From Phoronis australis (Eukaryota; Animalia; Phoronida): DNA of 64,000 nt. A model generated the notes under the pieces. It was not told the DNA's origin. It made no database searches and saw only the letters and a list, made by a program, of their open reading frames with translations. Positions 14,008-27,800 of this stretch are shown here, piece by piece. The position numbers were made by a program, and so were the translations under genes. Every line of letters begins with the position of its first letter. Positions within the stretch are counted from its first letter, which is position 1. The stretch lies in the NCBI GenBank assembly GCA_002633005.1, contig NMRA01000342.1, forward strand, positions 119,063-183,062. Direction: 5' to 3'.

Positions 14008-17000
14008 TTAGACGGGATTTGCTAACCGGATCTGACGTGGCCGTAGTTCGCAATCTGAACATGTACATTCTTTCCTGGCAGAGATGAACTGCGAAAGGGG
14101 ATATTTGAGCACAAAACCCATTTTGGGTAAATAGACGATGGCCTTGTCCTTATCAAACAGACTGGTGTATACCCATGGTGTCCAACCGGGAGGGTCTTTG
14201 TTGATCCTCTTGGTGTCTTTACCTGCAACGATGCATTTTTAAGGGCGAACGCAGACGACTAGCTGAGCTGTTGTCCTCAAGTGAATCAAATGGCTCAGCT
14301 CATAGATTGGGAAATGTAGTTCATACGGTTAAAATGAGTTAAGCCTATCTTCAACGGTAACAATGTAAATTTGGTTCTTACAGTATGTTAAGAGCATCGC
14401 TTTTAGCCCACTAGTGCCATAAATTGTCAAATGTAACGAACTGTTGGGTGTATTAGTTCGCTTTTGTCTACGTCACCGCGAGAATCACCAAACAGCTGCG
14501 GATAACACCCACACCCAATGGTGTTCTATTCAGACCCCTATTCAATACAACCTTTTGTTGTTTGTGCCGGGATCTCGCCGTAACGCAACCTGGCCCGAAA
14601 AGGCAGCTTCACTTATCATTTGACGGGCTTGCACTTTCATGATTGAACTCGCGTTTTCTTATTTTACTAAGTCTGTGCTAGGACTATCTGGTTAGCCTAA
14701 TACATCTAAAGTAACAAAATTCCGTTGAAGTTAGGCTTATTATTATCTTTCATTGGCTATCAAGTCTAATCGGCTGCATGCTGCGAGCATCTACAATACA
14801 CCAGAAAAAAATAGCTAAGATCACGTGCTGTCATTAAAAATACACGGCAATATCTCGCAGAATCTTGCGAGATCTTGTCTTTCTAGCGAGGCAATAGCGT
14901 TTTTGAATCTGGCTCACGTAACTGAAGTTTAAACGAGTACGACACCGTCTCCCGAGGCAGTGTCCTCACAGTGCTTATTGCCGTAGACGTAACCTGTGAG
15001 CTGAACATAATTTCTTTCGACTGACTCGTAGCTCTTTGCCTGCGCTCGCCCTAAGGAGATCCTTTTCCAAGTAATGGATAGGTCGACTTAGGGTCGTCAA
15101 AATCCAAACCTACGCAATACAGCGGAGAGTGCATAAGACAACATCAGGTGATTGTCTGGCCTGAATTCCGCAAATGCAAGAATCTGACTAAGGGAGCTGT
15201 TGTGATCAAGTGATTTGTTTGTATGGCGATTTCTCGCAAGTCTTGCGTGATCTTGCGTTTTGGAGAGGTTCTCGCGTCAACTGGCGGCATGCTTCTTCAT
15301 TCCCACGGCTGATCCGTTTGCCGCCTCTATCCAAGGGAGCGACCCGTCGTTTCCATATTTCCGGATCGTAGGGCCTCAATTACCCAGAAGGTCGTAAGTA
15401 TGGTCTTAGCAAGACAGGTCGTTCTTTGTGTGGGCGATACTGAAGCAATTGCGTCTGACGTCGCCAACATTCGTAATGCATGTTAATGCATTGTTCGTCA
15501 ATGTTGAATGTGTTTAATGTAATTGTCAGCAGTTTAGCAATATGTTATACAAATTGTTTGAGTAATTAGCACAGGTAGATAGACTTTGTACTTTGCTGAT
15601 GTGATATTAAATTGTTTTTCAAGAATAGATGTGTAGAGCGTCAGACAAAGATTTGAGCATATTGTCTTATATACAGAAGGCGCAGTACTGCATAACATTG
15701 ATGCGCCTAACACAGTGCAGGAGCGGATCCAGGATTTTGAGTTAGGGGAGGGCCCAAGGCACAGAATTTCGCCACATGCGTGCGCCCAGCCTAAAATGTA
15801 AGGATGCAGGGTCCTCGGTTTTTGGACCTTATAGGGGCCTAACTAAAAAAAACAATAAACGGGTTCGCACTCTCAACTGCCAAATAGTATCTGGGAGAAT
15901 TTGCCCCCTCTTTCCCAATCCGCCACTGCAGCAGTGGCGGATCTAGGATATCTCAAAGGGGGCCAACATTTTGTCTGTAAACATTTGGTCAAAGCACGAT
16001 TGTAGATGCGCATAGCACCGAATAGGGGGAGGTCGGGAGGGGGTTTCCGTTTTTTTCTTTAAATATCAAGCATTTTCCTGGATTTCCGAAGTATTATCCA
16101 AGAAAAAAAAGGCAAAAGACACGGAGAAAGTGTCAAACAGGAAAAACTGCAATGCACCACAACAATTTAACTCCTAATTTGATACTAAGAGACCTACTTG
16201 TTTATGGTTCACAGCGTTTGCGTGCGAAACCTTCTTTTGTAATGCTTATTGTTTTATATTTTGTGCAATCAGCTCGTAACAAACTTCTTGTATATAAAAT
16301 AGTCTTCAAGTGCCCAAAAGACCAAATCCGTTTTTTGTGTTGGCAATAATGACGAGATTGCTAATGTCAATATCTTGTTTACGCCGATGACGATGTTCTG
16401 TTAAACCCGTTGAACATCGCTGAGACTCTGAGCTCAGTTGCTATTGCTCAGATGAGAAAACTCTAATTGGGATGGTTCAAAGGTATTTACAAACCTCGTA
16501 AATTCAAGGATCCTAGTGGTAAGTTACTGATCCTCTCCGCCGAGAAGAATTCCTTTTCCGAATTCCCTCCGGTTGCGCCAGCTGGTACTTTCATTATCAA
16601 TATACAGTATTCAAAAGACTTGAATATTGGTATGGAATACGTGGATCCTGTTGTTCATGACGATGTCTAAGCTTTGTTGTGAGAAAACTTCAAGTTCCAC
16701 TCGTTGATACCTACAGGATTGTGTTTCTCAGGAAGGGGAAATAGTTTGTGAAAACCCAATGGCTATGGCCAAATGCGAGGACGGTTTGTCATTTTGCTTC
16801 GAACTGTCGCCTGTGAACTTAACATTGCTTTGGTCGAAAATGTCCAATCACTTCAGTAGAAGAGATGTACTCAAAGTGCATTAATTTTTTCAATCACAAA
16901 TCTATAGCAGCTTCAGACCCATGATTTGAATAACTTGCGGAAAATATTTAATTAGAGCTGAGAAATGTCGAAACGGGTTTCTTTGTGTAAATTAGTATAT

Positions 17001-17337
17001 TGGTTTAGATATCCTGTACTCTCTGTTTATTATATATTTGTAATAAGGGCCGAAGGCCTATTTACGTGAAATGCCTTCCTCTTTAAGGACGACAGTCATC
17101 AGAACACTCGTATTCATTGGCCAGTGGGCACTGTTTGAGCATGGATACAAACTCACTGAGCGGAGTCGCAGACTACTCAGTCTGACACTTGATAGCAAAA
17201 TGATCATCGACATGTGTTCTATCCACTTTTATTTGAAATAGTCGTTCGTTTTGCAGACAGGTTTTGCGTCCGTAACGTTACCTGGGTCTCTGTGGGTAAA
17301 AATACCCCGATTCGTATAAAAATGTATGTAAAATTCT
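14008..17337 (-). CDS. Candidate small unknown gene: exons 17282-17337 and 14008-14222 (5' exon not found)
   Basis: cttgtag|56 nt|gtaacg exon joins in phase to a ttgcag|215 nt exon. Product: EFYIHFYTNRGIFTHRDPGKDTKRINKDPPGWTPWVYTSLFDKDKAIVYLPKMGFVLKYPLSQFISARKECTCSDCELRPRQIRLANPV*. No homologue recognised. Confidence 0.4.
15718..16100. mobile_element. Two adjacent CAG(T/G)GGCGGAT-type (hAT-like) MITEs
   Basis: caggagcggatcc...atccgccactg, immediately followed by cagtggcggatctagg; related copies at ~32935-33070 and 51312-51547. Confidence 0.6.
16240..17070 (+). mobile_element. Highly degenerate non-LTR retrotransposon remnant
   Basis: YLVYADDDVLL reverse-transcriptase-like motif at ~16371-16403; no intact ORF. 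Confidence 0.35.
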
Positions 17338-19291
17338 CTACAAGAAGAACCCTAGATTGGTGTTTTGGCAGACAGGCTTATTGACGTCAGTGGCTCTTGT
17401 ATAAATCTGTTGACGAAATACAGGATGCAGTGAAAATAGCCGAGTTTACACGGTATTTCAATGACTCGTAACACAGTGGTCAGTTCAGGCAGTAATGTAT
17501 ACAAAACAATTTGTCTACAGTCCAAAATGGTTGTCAATTTGGCATTCCACGAATAAGCTGCTTAAAACCATGCTCATAATATTTTTAGTGACCTTAAAAT
17601 TTAAAAGCGTGTCGTTGCCATGGTAACCAGGCACTTTGGAATTAAAAGATTAGAGTAAGCTGCGCATGCAATATACCTACGAAATTTTAAAGAATTTTAA
17701 ATTGTCCGTTTGCTTTATCAAAGATGTATCGTAACCCGTTGAACAAAACCCAAAAACGTTTGCCAAGGCATAGCATGTACTCAATCACGGAAGTAGTTTT
17801 TTCAACTCTCGTCGCTAAATTTGCGTGAGTACGACTGAGGAATTGATTTTTTCCCGGGTTTTTTTGGTGTAGCTTCCATAGACTCTTTTGAAAAAGTTCG
17901 TTCTACCGAAGTAACCAGTCATGTGGCGAGACACCCTGTTCCACAAGTGAGTCGGCTCAACAGAGACTGCCAAACAACGTGTCGAAAATTTTGAAGTTGC
18001 CTAAGACCGTGTTAAGCAGGTTGGCTCGACCTGGCGGGTTTTTTATTGCTACAGTGTACACAAATAAATGACAATACATCAAATACAATGTATGTAGTCT
18101 AGAAAGCGAACTGTTATATCCAATGACTTACTTCAAAATTATAAGTGAGTGAAAACACCAAAAGTAAATAAAACAAAAAAACAAAATCATACGGCAATAA
18201 AGGAGACCAATCCATCCGAATTTCAAAACTAATTTAGACAATGCTATTGGGAGCGGATCTCCGTAGGGAAATCGTCTAAACCGTGTGAAAATTTAAATGG
18301 CATTGCCGCGCTTACGAGTTCGCAAGCGAAGAATTTGGTTAAAGAGTATGAGAGCGACAAATGAACGGTTAAAATTTGAGACTCAAGTAGCTCTTACATG
18401 TACCATGACAGTTGATAGTGAGTTTTTAGGAATATTAGCGGTTCTTGCTGGCGGGTTTTACTAATGTGTTTACAATGTTTTGGGCAGAATCAGCAAGAGC
18501 TGAGAGATGGTGATCGCCCACTCAACTTCCGTGGCACTCTCCAGTTCCGTCAAACTTGAATGTGACCGATTAATACCCTCTCCCACAGATTTCTGTGAAA
18601 TACATTTCACATTATCACAGGGAATTCTCTTGACTGACCGCGAAGAGAATTGTCCTGTAATTGTGCAAACTTCCTCATCAAATGTATGTAACGATATGTA
18701 TGTAGTCTAAGTAACAGAATAAGCCCAGCACACCAGACCGCCAAAATACACTTGATACAGTTACAGTAAAGTATCATTAATTCTAACTAATCGGCAAACC
18801 ATTGGGTGATGAAATGTTGCAGCAAATTGAAATCAATTTCACAGATGACGTTATTGCTCCAGACAAGCCTAGCGCACGGATAGGCGGGCAGTGGGGCCTC
18901 TTCTTTGAAATTTAAAATACGACTTTACTGGGCCCCTTGAGAGGCACATGTCGTCATCTTTTGAACACACTCGCGACAATTTCTAACCATGGAGTAATAA
19001 AGAAAAGCACTGGACACCTAGTTGACTTCATTGTAAAACGCATCATGATTAGTCCCAAAACTAAGTTCACAGTTATAGTCTGCTCTGCACGCCACCTGTT
19101 GGCAACATCAAGTGACCTAATTGAAAAGATTTTTGGTGGTCACAGTGTATGAAGAGAAACAATTTACATATAGAAAAGTAACAAGTATGGCTACCGGTGT
19201 TATGCCCAAGTTCACTCAACAAAAAATTGTTCAGGTAAACAAAAAGAGGCAAAATATAAATACAGAAACATGTTTGCAAGGCAATCATTGA

Positions 19292-19297
19292 TTTATT
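19292..19297 (-). terminator. Probable DUOX polyadenylation signal (AATAAA), implying a ~2.5 kb 3' UTR
   Basis: Minus-strand AATAAA followed ~20-50 nt later by a U/GU-rich tract; other AATAAA copies exist (e.g. ~20630). Confidence 0.5.
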
Positions 19298-21766
19298 TTT
19301 GCACTAAAAGCAGTCAAGAAATAAGTTTTCAAAGCCTACTTCGAACTGTAACACACGAGAATTTGTTGACTAGAATGTTTTGAGCAATGCTCTGAACATA
19401 AAAGCCAATACATAAATTGTCTAAGGTCACTGACATGTTTTCCTGTATTACCAGGGGAATTCTTATGTACTATTTAGACCACAATTCACTACAGCTACTT
19501 TTGGCATTTCATTCTCAGTTCGTATTCATCCAGAGACACAACAAGAAGCAAAAACGCCACTTCGCCTCATCAATTTACTTGCCTATGTGTTAGAGAGATT
19601 AGGTTGGATTGTAGTGTCATGTTGCTAAAGTATATATGGGACTGTCTGGGTAGCCTGCGCCATACACATAAGAAAAAATGCATTAAACAAGGCTCTAAAG
19701 CAAGACCTAAACTTTCTTGCCGTGATAGAATCTAGGAATTTAGCATTCATCTGGAACTTAGTGTTTGAAAGGCCTGAACAGCCCCTTAAATTTCTGAAAC
19801 ATTGTTCGACTCAAACACGTTTTTAATGTTCGTCACCCCAACCAAATGTATCGTTTTGGATGGTTATGAACAACTGAACTTTGATTTTAGTTTTGTAGAC
19901 AAACAGAGCAGCATAATATTAATTCAACAACTGTCACTATCAAAATTACTACACATGTATAAAAATTATATAAAATATAAAATTACATTGTCATACAGTA
20001 AGCAAACCCTGTATTCTACAATACTTTCTGTCATCTGCAAATTGTATACAAACAAGCCACAGATCATCAATACTTGCCCTGTCAATAGGATTTGAAGAGG
20101 AAATCGCTTTGTCAATAGCCACCTAGCTATCTTGTCAAAAACATTTCCGCAAACCCACTGATAGGAAATCAAGAAAGAAACTTGACTGAGATTTTTGAAA
20201 CTTTCAATAGCAACAAGTTGCCCTTATCTAACAATGCTCTGTTAACAATTTTATAATTCTTTTAAACTGTATAAGCCTTCATTAGCAATTACATCAATTT
20301 CCATGCAGAAGATAAATATCATTCTAAACTAAACTCACTTGAGAGTATAAAGCAACACTTCCACGGCCACTGCTGTGGTTTCTCAAGTGACTCCAGTGAA
20401 CATTTTAATAAGTTTTCTGAATGATATTTCACCACTGGATGACAGATAATTTCTATTCATATACATTAATTTCTCTTTACCCCAAAATAGTATTTTCTAA
20501 TAAATGCCCCCATTCATCAGTTCCGTTACAATCAACAATCCTCCTCAAAATGAGTTTTAGATATTTACTCTCAAGAGCAATTTACTCCCAGACAATGGTA
20601 AATCTCTATCATTCCTAAGCGAACAGGTTTTATTGCTTGTCTCAAGATATTTTTGAGCTGCCCGCCGTATAAAAAAATAATTGCAAGTGGTCTGGTATTT
20701 GCTGTAACAGACAGTTGCAGGCCAGTGGTTGGGCCCATTGCACTAACCATTTGGAACTATTTTTATATTTCAAAAATATAGAGCCGAGGAGCTATAGACC
20801 GAACCCTAAAAATAAGGCATCAGAACTTGACCACAATCTGAGGAAAAATGTTCTCCATGACACTTTTCTCTTGATTCTACAGATCATAACATAAAATTAA
20901 TCTGACTTTTTCATCATCTTTATAATAACCATTCACATTTTGTTCAAAAGTAATACTTTTGGATTTATGCTGGATGTGCAACCCGTGACCTAGCTTACTC
21001 ACATCAACTTCAAATCAAATGATACAAACTTAAATTCATACAAAGCCCTAAGTTTCAAAATGATTACAGGTAACAGGGCATACTCACAAAGCTACACATT
21101 TGTCACGGAAGCTGACACCACAGTACTTATTGAACAGCCAGATAAAAACGTCAGGGTCTACAACTTGATTGGCACATATCCTGCCAGAACGATATTGCTA
21201 CACCTGTTTCAACAGTCTTTTCAAATTCCTCAGAAAAACAAATTGGGAGACTAAGCACGAAGGCACACCTACTGACCGTGATATCCCCATGACTCATAGT
21301 CACAGGTAATCCGAGTCAGTCTTGTGTTTCCGACTTAATGGTAAATATATATAAGGTAAAATTTCAACAGTTTGGGGCACAATATGGAGGACCAGTGAAT
21401 CTTTTTTCGCTTTTTCATAAAAGACACGTACCATCAAATTAATGCTTTACCGTGTTCAATGTCTGTAACCATAGTTACCATCGGAAAATATTTTGGAAAA
21501 ATGTGGGAGTCCACACCGGTATTAGACGACCTTGAAAATTGAAAAAAGGGAAACTCTGGCAATTATGTTAGTCTAAAATTGGTGCGATTTTATCGCATCC
21601 TATATAAATGAAGTCCGGCTGCTGCACCGGAAAAGCATCATACCAACTAGCTACCTTTAACATAATAAATAATATGTTTCAAGTGAGTACATCAATTACT
21701 AGCAATCCTAAACTGGCAAAAGCGTCAGCATTGTTTAACTTTGAACAGTAGCAAAATGGGAGAGGA

Positions 21767-21889
21767 TTAAAAGTTCTCAAAGTGATGGATGAACGAAGCC
21801 CCGTCAAATTTGTTGAGATTGGTGCACGCTTTGTCCACGGAGTTGGTCATAGGTGGCGGACCACAGCTGAAGACCCCGATCTTTGATAC
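21767..21889 (-). CDS. DUOX: DUOX last coding exon ([12 protein letters not shown]...HHFENF*)
   Basis: ttgcag acceptor; CGPP motif and terminal ENF-stop typical of NOX/DUOX. Confidence 0.96.
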   Translation of the reverse strand, partial: VSKIGVFSCGPPPMTNSVDKACTNLNKFDGASFIHHFENF

Positions 21890-24800
21890 CTGCAACAATG
21901 GTGGAGGGAATTTCGAATGAACAATGTTACGTTATATTTTGCATCTTTTTGATCAGTATTTCAGTGGTGACCAAAATGATTTGAAAGATAAATTAACTAT
22001 GTAGTGACCACAGGATATGAAACAACAGTTGTGAAATATACAGGCTGCATTTAATTATACCACCAAAAATTCAAGAAGGATTGAATTAAATAATACTTTC
22101 ATTCCACAGCAGAAATGCATTCAAAGTAATTTATGATAATTTATGATAACTCTTGCACCAACTTTGGCTGGATACATAAAAGTGCCGTAAGTGAACAAAA
22201 ATATGAGCACTCATTCATTACCAATTACTATGAGCCATCATGGGTGACTAACAGTTTACTTTAAACCTTAATAAACACATTCACTAGTTTGATGTTGTAC
22301 CTGGGAATGTTCATCCTGCAGAGCGTTCAGGAATGATTCAAAGTCTGGACGACCAAAGTGAGTGATAGAGCGAAGACCAGTGAAGAGACTCCTGTGTGAG
22401 ATCTTCTGGAAATGCCTCTCACAAATGTACTGTAATGGGACATTTAACATGGAAATTTCTCTCACAAATGTTCCGTAACGGAATATTTAATGCATGGAAA
22501 TGTCTTCAATTAACAGGACCTATAATGCATAAAAATGCCTTCCTTTCATAAACGTGCTGTAACGTAACATTTAATGCATAGAATTGTCTCTCAAAAATAT
22601 ACTGTAATGCATAGAATTGTCTCTCAAAAATATACTGTAACGGAACGTTTAATGCATGGAAATGTGTCTCGCAAATGTACTGTAACAGAACATTGAAATT
22701 CAATGCATAAAAGTGAAACTTAAGCAACTTAAGTAAAACCCTAGTATGCCGGGCTATGTAGAGAGGGTTTGCACATTTTCCTAAAAATTCTTTCCAACTT
22801 TCCAGGACATTTTTAGTACTGCTCAAGGTGTCAATGGTTAAAGATGATGTTCTGAATTCTCGTGAATTCAGGAATGCGAATCAAAAATACAGTTTCTCTG
22901 ATTCCACAACTAAGTAAACACAACGAGTCCTGATTTTGTTTTAATGTAAAAGACAGGATTCGATGAATATTGTTAAGGGGATATTCTCAGTTTTATGATA
23001 ATTGCGTTTTTGTGATTATTTTTGACGTTATAATCTTTGACCAAAGCTATGAAACAACTAAATCCATGGTGTTTCATCAATTTTACTGAAAATCGTCAAT
23101 TTTCGCCATTGTCTGCCAGACATTTGCTGAAATCAATCCCGGTGCTTGGTGACTTTACCACCTAATACGTAGACAGAACGGGAATTGGCTCAGCCAGTCG
23201 AATGTTAGACTGCAACTGCAGAGCTCCCGGTTCGATACTGCACTGATCATGATTTCGGTAAATCACCTTTTCCACTAATACTGTCCCTTTAAAATCGGGA
23301 AATCAATTTGCATCTCTTAAGTTCAAAAAATCAATGAAATGGAGAACACATCAAATGCATCACTGACAACAACAGAATTTAACTTGCACGTAATGTGCAC
23401 ACATTGATCTTAAGCAGCGGAAGAATTCACGCACCAGCATTGTAGTTCTCATGTCGAACTTTTGTTGGAACTGCGTGATGAAAATGTGAACTGAAACGAG
23501 ATCGTGCACATCTTTCTCTTCAACCTCGCGAATGATATCCGTCAACCATTCATAGTGCTTCTGTGTTCTGGTCACCCAGATGAAGTATACCTACAAAACA
23601 CACTCGCATTACCAACGTACAACATTTTTCCCTTCTATCATTACCAATGTAAGATTTGTGAGTTGTTCTGTGGTCAGTCGACTCTTAATTCCATCAGTCT
23701 TCCCTAAACCAAAAAATATGTACCGGGTATTTGGATAATGATTTTGAATATTATCGTACATAAACAATCCGCTCTCTCTCTCTCTATGAATATCAGGACA
23801 TTTGCCATCAGGCACAAGAGCAATAAGTTGCAATGAGGTCACTCACACATGAAATATACCTACAGAATGCAATACTGCTACCACACTATAATATGACCTG
23901 TGTGTAGGTCATCTTATAATATGTCAAACAAAGCAGAAAAGTATGGATCCCCAGTTATCCTGAACTCACCTTTTTGCAAACAAACTTGGCCCCCATGGCT
24001 GACCTGGCTACCAAATCCTTCAAGATGGAGGCAAAAGGGGTGACACCAATACCACCCCCCACAAGTACTGAGACATCGTACTTATACCAATCCTGGTGAC
24101 CTTCTCCAAATGGACCATCCAAATAAAGCTGAAAAATCGTTTTACATACTTTTTTGAAGGCTTGATCAAAGTCCTCTGTGAAACGTAGAAGTTATATACC
24201 AACCATTGCTATATCCTTTTAGTGGAATAGTGAGATAAACGACAGTAAATGAACATCCAGCTTTAACAGTGCAAGCCAAAAGCATTCAGACAAAATGACG
24301 CGGAATTTCTCCCATCATCACAAATGGGCAGAAAACTAATTCATCATCAGACTAGTTAGTGAGTGGCTAAGCCATTGTGTAATTAGAACTGTGCATTCAA
24401 CACAATTTGCCGTCACAGTAATTACTTTTGTCTCGTTCTACAGCCGTGACCTGAAACTTCCTAAGCTTGATACTGTCAGTTCATACCAAAGGCTGGAATC
24501 ACTTCTAGGCGGAGTCGTGAACAAGAAAAGACCAATTTTACTAAAAGGATTAAATGATGTCGTGTATTTTTTGACAGAAAGCATGGGTTTAAACTCACTA
24601 GGTGGCGCTAATAAAATAACGATGACATATAAATTCTTGATTTTAGAACATACATTTTGTCCATTACCAATCCAGGAGAAAACTAATGATAAAAGGGCAA
24701 AATGCCCAATGCAGGGACAAATAGCCACAGGATAAGGACTCATCTGGTGACAATCACATAAACTAATTAGTACCTTAGGATACGGTTTGTCCTTTAAATT

Positions 24801-27800
24801 AATTGGATCCAGCGTTCGTCGAAAGTTTGTGGTCCATGGACCGACAGCGCGGATGTGAAGGCTGAGTGTGTCTTCATGAGGCGCAGAGCTTAAGGTGAAA
24901 GGGTGATACTCGCCCTCACCTTGGCTCTTGCACGCTATACGCACCCACTGCCCTGACATGTACTCAAAGTTCAAAGGTCGCTTGAACTCTACCATGGTGA
25001 CATCTGCAAAGAAACCAAAACAAAATTAAAAATACTATGGAGTCCTTACATTGTCATAAAGTGCACCTCTCCACCTCACTGACAGTTAAACAGTCAAACA
25101 ATGCCAAAAAATTGGCTTGTCTTTGGGTATCATGAACCTGACAACCTTATATGTCATGTGTGGGTTTTGTTCTAGTTGCAGCTTCAAAAAATGTGACAAG
25201 AACCAAAACATTAAAGCACTGGCTAGTAACTTATAAAGCATATGGACATGATTTTTATTTCAAATAAAATAAGTTTTAAAATTGTTGAAACAATAGCAAA
25301 CGCGTATTAACATCGCCATCAAGTTAAAGGCAGTGAAGTAAACATTATTTTGTGGAGAGGCACGCTTTTGAAGTCAAACAAGGCATTCTTACCAGACACT
25401 GTTTGAACTAAAATAGCTCAAAAACAAGGTTGGTGGAAAGCTAATTTTGACTTCTTGCTTCAGAAAATACAAAATACAAAATCGTCAAAACAAAAACCAA
25501 CATCAAACAATGAAATTAAGTTAATATTTTCAAAAATATTTCCATCACGAGTTTAATTAGAGGTGACTTTTCCGGAACCCATGTAAATTTCACAGTTTTG
25601 TCAGTGGTGCGTTTGTTTACGTGGCGGTAACCGAACACTAATTCAGCAAATTTGTAGCAGACAAAAAAACGAAGAACATGAAAACTTTAAAAATATTCAA
25701 GAATAATTTAAAACTGTGTGTAGCCCCTTAAACACCACCAAAATGTAACAGTGGAATACTTCTAGAACATTTAATTGGGGTTAAGAACACATCCTTATTT
25801 TCTTCACCTTCTTTTGAACACTAACACTGCCATTCTTATTTGCTAATAAATAGTTTCAATACTGTCTGCTACTATCACTACCAAATGAATATTGTTTCAA
25901 TACTACCACTACCACTACCACTACAAACATTGTTTCAATACTAGTAAATAATATCTCTACCAATCTTTTAATACTACTACCAATATTGTTTCAACACTTA
26001 TTCTACTATCACCACCATTACTGACAATGCAGTCTTGATAATGTTTGCAATAAAACTCCAATCTCACCAGAGGGCAGCAGCTCTGCTTTAATGATGGAGA
26101 TCTCCACTTTGTTCCTGCTAGAGCTGTAGAGCTTGTCAAGCGTGAACAGAATGATGGGACCAAGGCTGAAGAAGTGCATAAAAGGAGGCTGGACAAGGTT
26201 ACCGCTGCCGTGGAGAAACATGAGGACGAAGAGGAGATAGAACATGTTGTGGGTCAACCAGAATGCTTTGAACACGTGTCGGCGGGCATACTGCACTGCA
26301 AACGTGTACATGACAATGACGATGAGCGTACACAGCACACCGGTGACACCTGTGATCGTGTTCCAACACCAATAGCTGAACGTGGGCAACACATGCGTTC
26401 TGGAAAAATGACAAATAGCAGTAAACATTTACAGACAGAAGCCATCAACGTATGCCATAGTGTTGAGATGTGGAAGTACACGATGTGATCTTGTTTTTGG
26501 CCAAAATATAAGTATGAATTTTAAAACCAGCACATAAACAAAGACATTACAGTTGTATTAGTCGATGTGACGGAATGGTCATGATGGGTGGGTAGTGTCG
26601 GACGCAGGATATCGTGACGGGAGCCTCGCCAAACTGTCCAAAAACAGGTGAATTTCACAAAAGCCCTAATAAAGGTATGCTGTCACTTTTCACAGTACAC
26701 AGAGTGGCTTGCCCAATTTTCCACACTTCTACTTTCAATTCACCCCATTCAGTCACCTGTCCATACCCAATTAGAAGAGAGGCGCTCAACGAATGCCAAC
26801 ACATTGAATATCAGCAACACAGGTCACAATCTGCTTACCCAGTACATGAGATTGACAAAGATCATATCGGTTCAACTCGGGTTCAAGAAAACTTCATTTT
26901 TTCGTACTTACCAATATATAAGCCCTGGGGTGATACCTAGCTTATCTAAGTCATCATTAATAAAACAGCTGTTACAAGCCTGTCTCCTGTCAAAAACTAA
27001 CTGGTCTCAACTTGTTCCACACATAAATTGGAAGACAGTGACTTCTGCTCATGGGAAGAAGAGACAGTTTGTTGTTGCTTGTGGCCAGGCTCAATAATTT
27101 AGCATGAAATGGCAGATCGTTTTATGTGCCAAGCATTGCCTCAAGCATAACCTAACTGGCAGTTCTTCAGAAGCGCAGAAGACCCTTCTAAACAAAAGAG
27201 ACGGGACCACTTTTATGATGATGAATGATCTAAAAGGTATGCCTAAAGAGAATCCCAAATGATTCTCATCAAACTTTGTTTCCAACGCCACTTATCTAAC
27301 ACACCTCAAAGTTTCTAAAACCGAACACCTATGAATACAATAAGATGAACATTATCCACATTGAAAACACTTCATCAACCAACCGAAACCAAATTACATC
27401 ATCCTTCGTTAATTTCCACCTAATTTCTTTCAAGACAAATGCTCGTATTAACCTAAACTTCGAGACATTGCAATTTATTTGAGCTAATGTTTTATTGCTG
27501 TGATGTCATCATTAATGCGGTAATTGCTCTGCTTTACACATAATGGAACTCAGATATCAAGAACTGATGACATCTGCAGTTTTTGTACAAATCTAATGAA
27601 GCATAATACGCCATGGTACAGGCCGAGTTTCTAATGGGCTGAAATGTTAAAGTGCAATTGATCACATTTGTTTTTGGCCAAAACATGAGCACTAACTTAA
27701 AATTAGCGCGTTAAGTAAGCAAAGACATATTGATCTGACATTTCAGTTTATTCACTATAAACCATTCTCAAGACAAAAGTTGACAAAGATGAAGAACAAA

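Noticed and set aside
18040-18700. Minus-strand LINE (CR1/L2) 3' remnant
   Set aside because: Tail-like composition and a vague peptide resemblance only; too degenerate to support.
22408-22700. CRISPR-like array
   Set aside because: Units are contiguous degenerate tandem copies without unique spacers; eukaryotic intron, no cas genes.
26254-26490. HIVYFHIST peptide upstream of exon 24, resembling exon 23 (NFYHIST), as a possible mutually exclusive exon
   Set aside because: No matching acceptor/donor pair, similarity is limited to 4-5 residues, and it abuts a repeat-family fragment.
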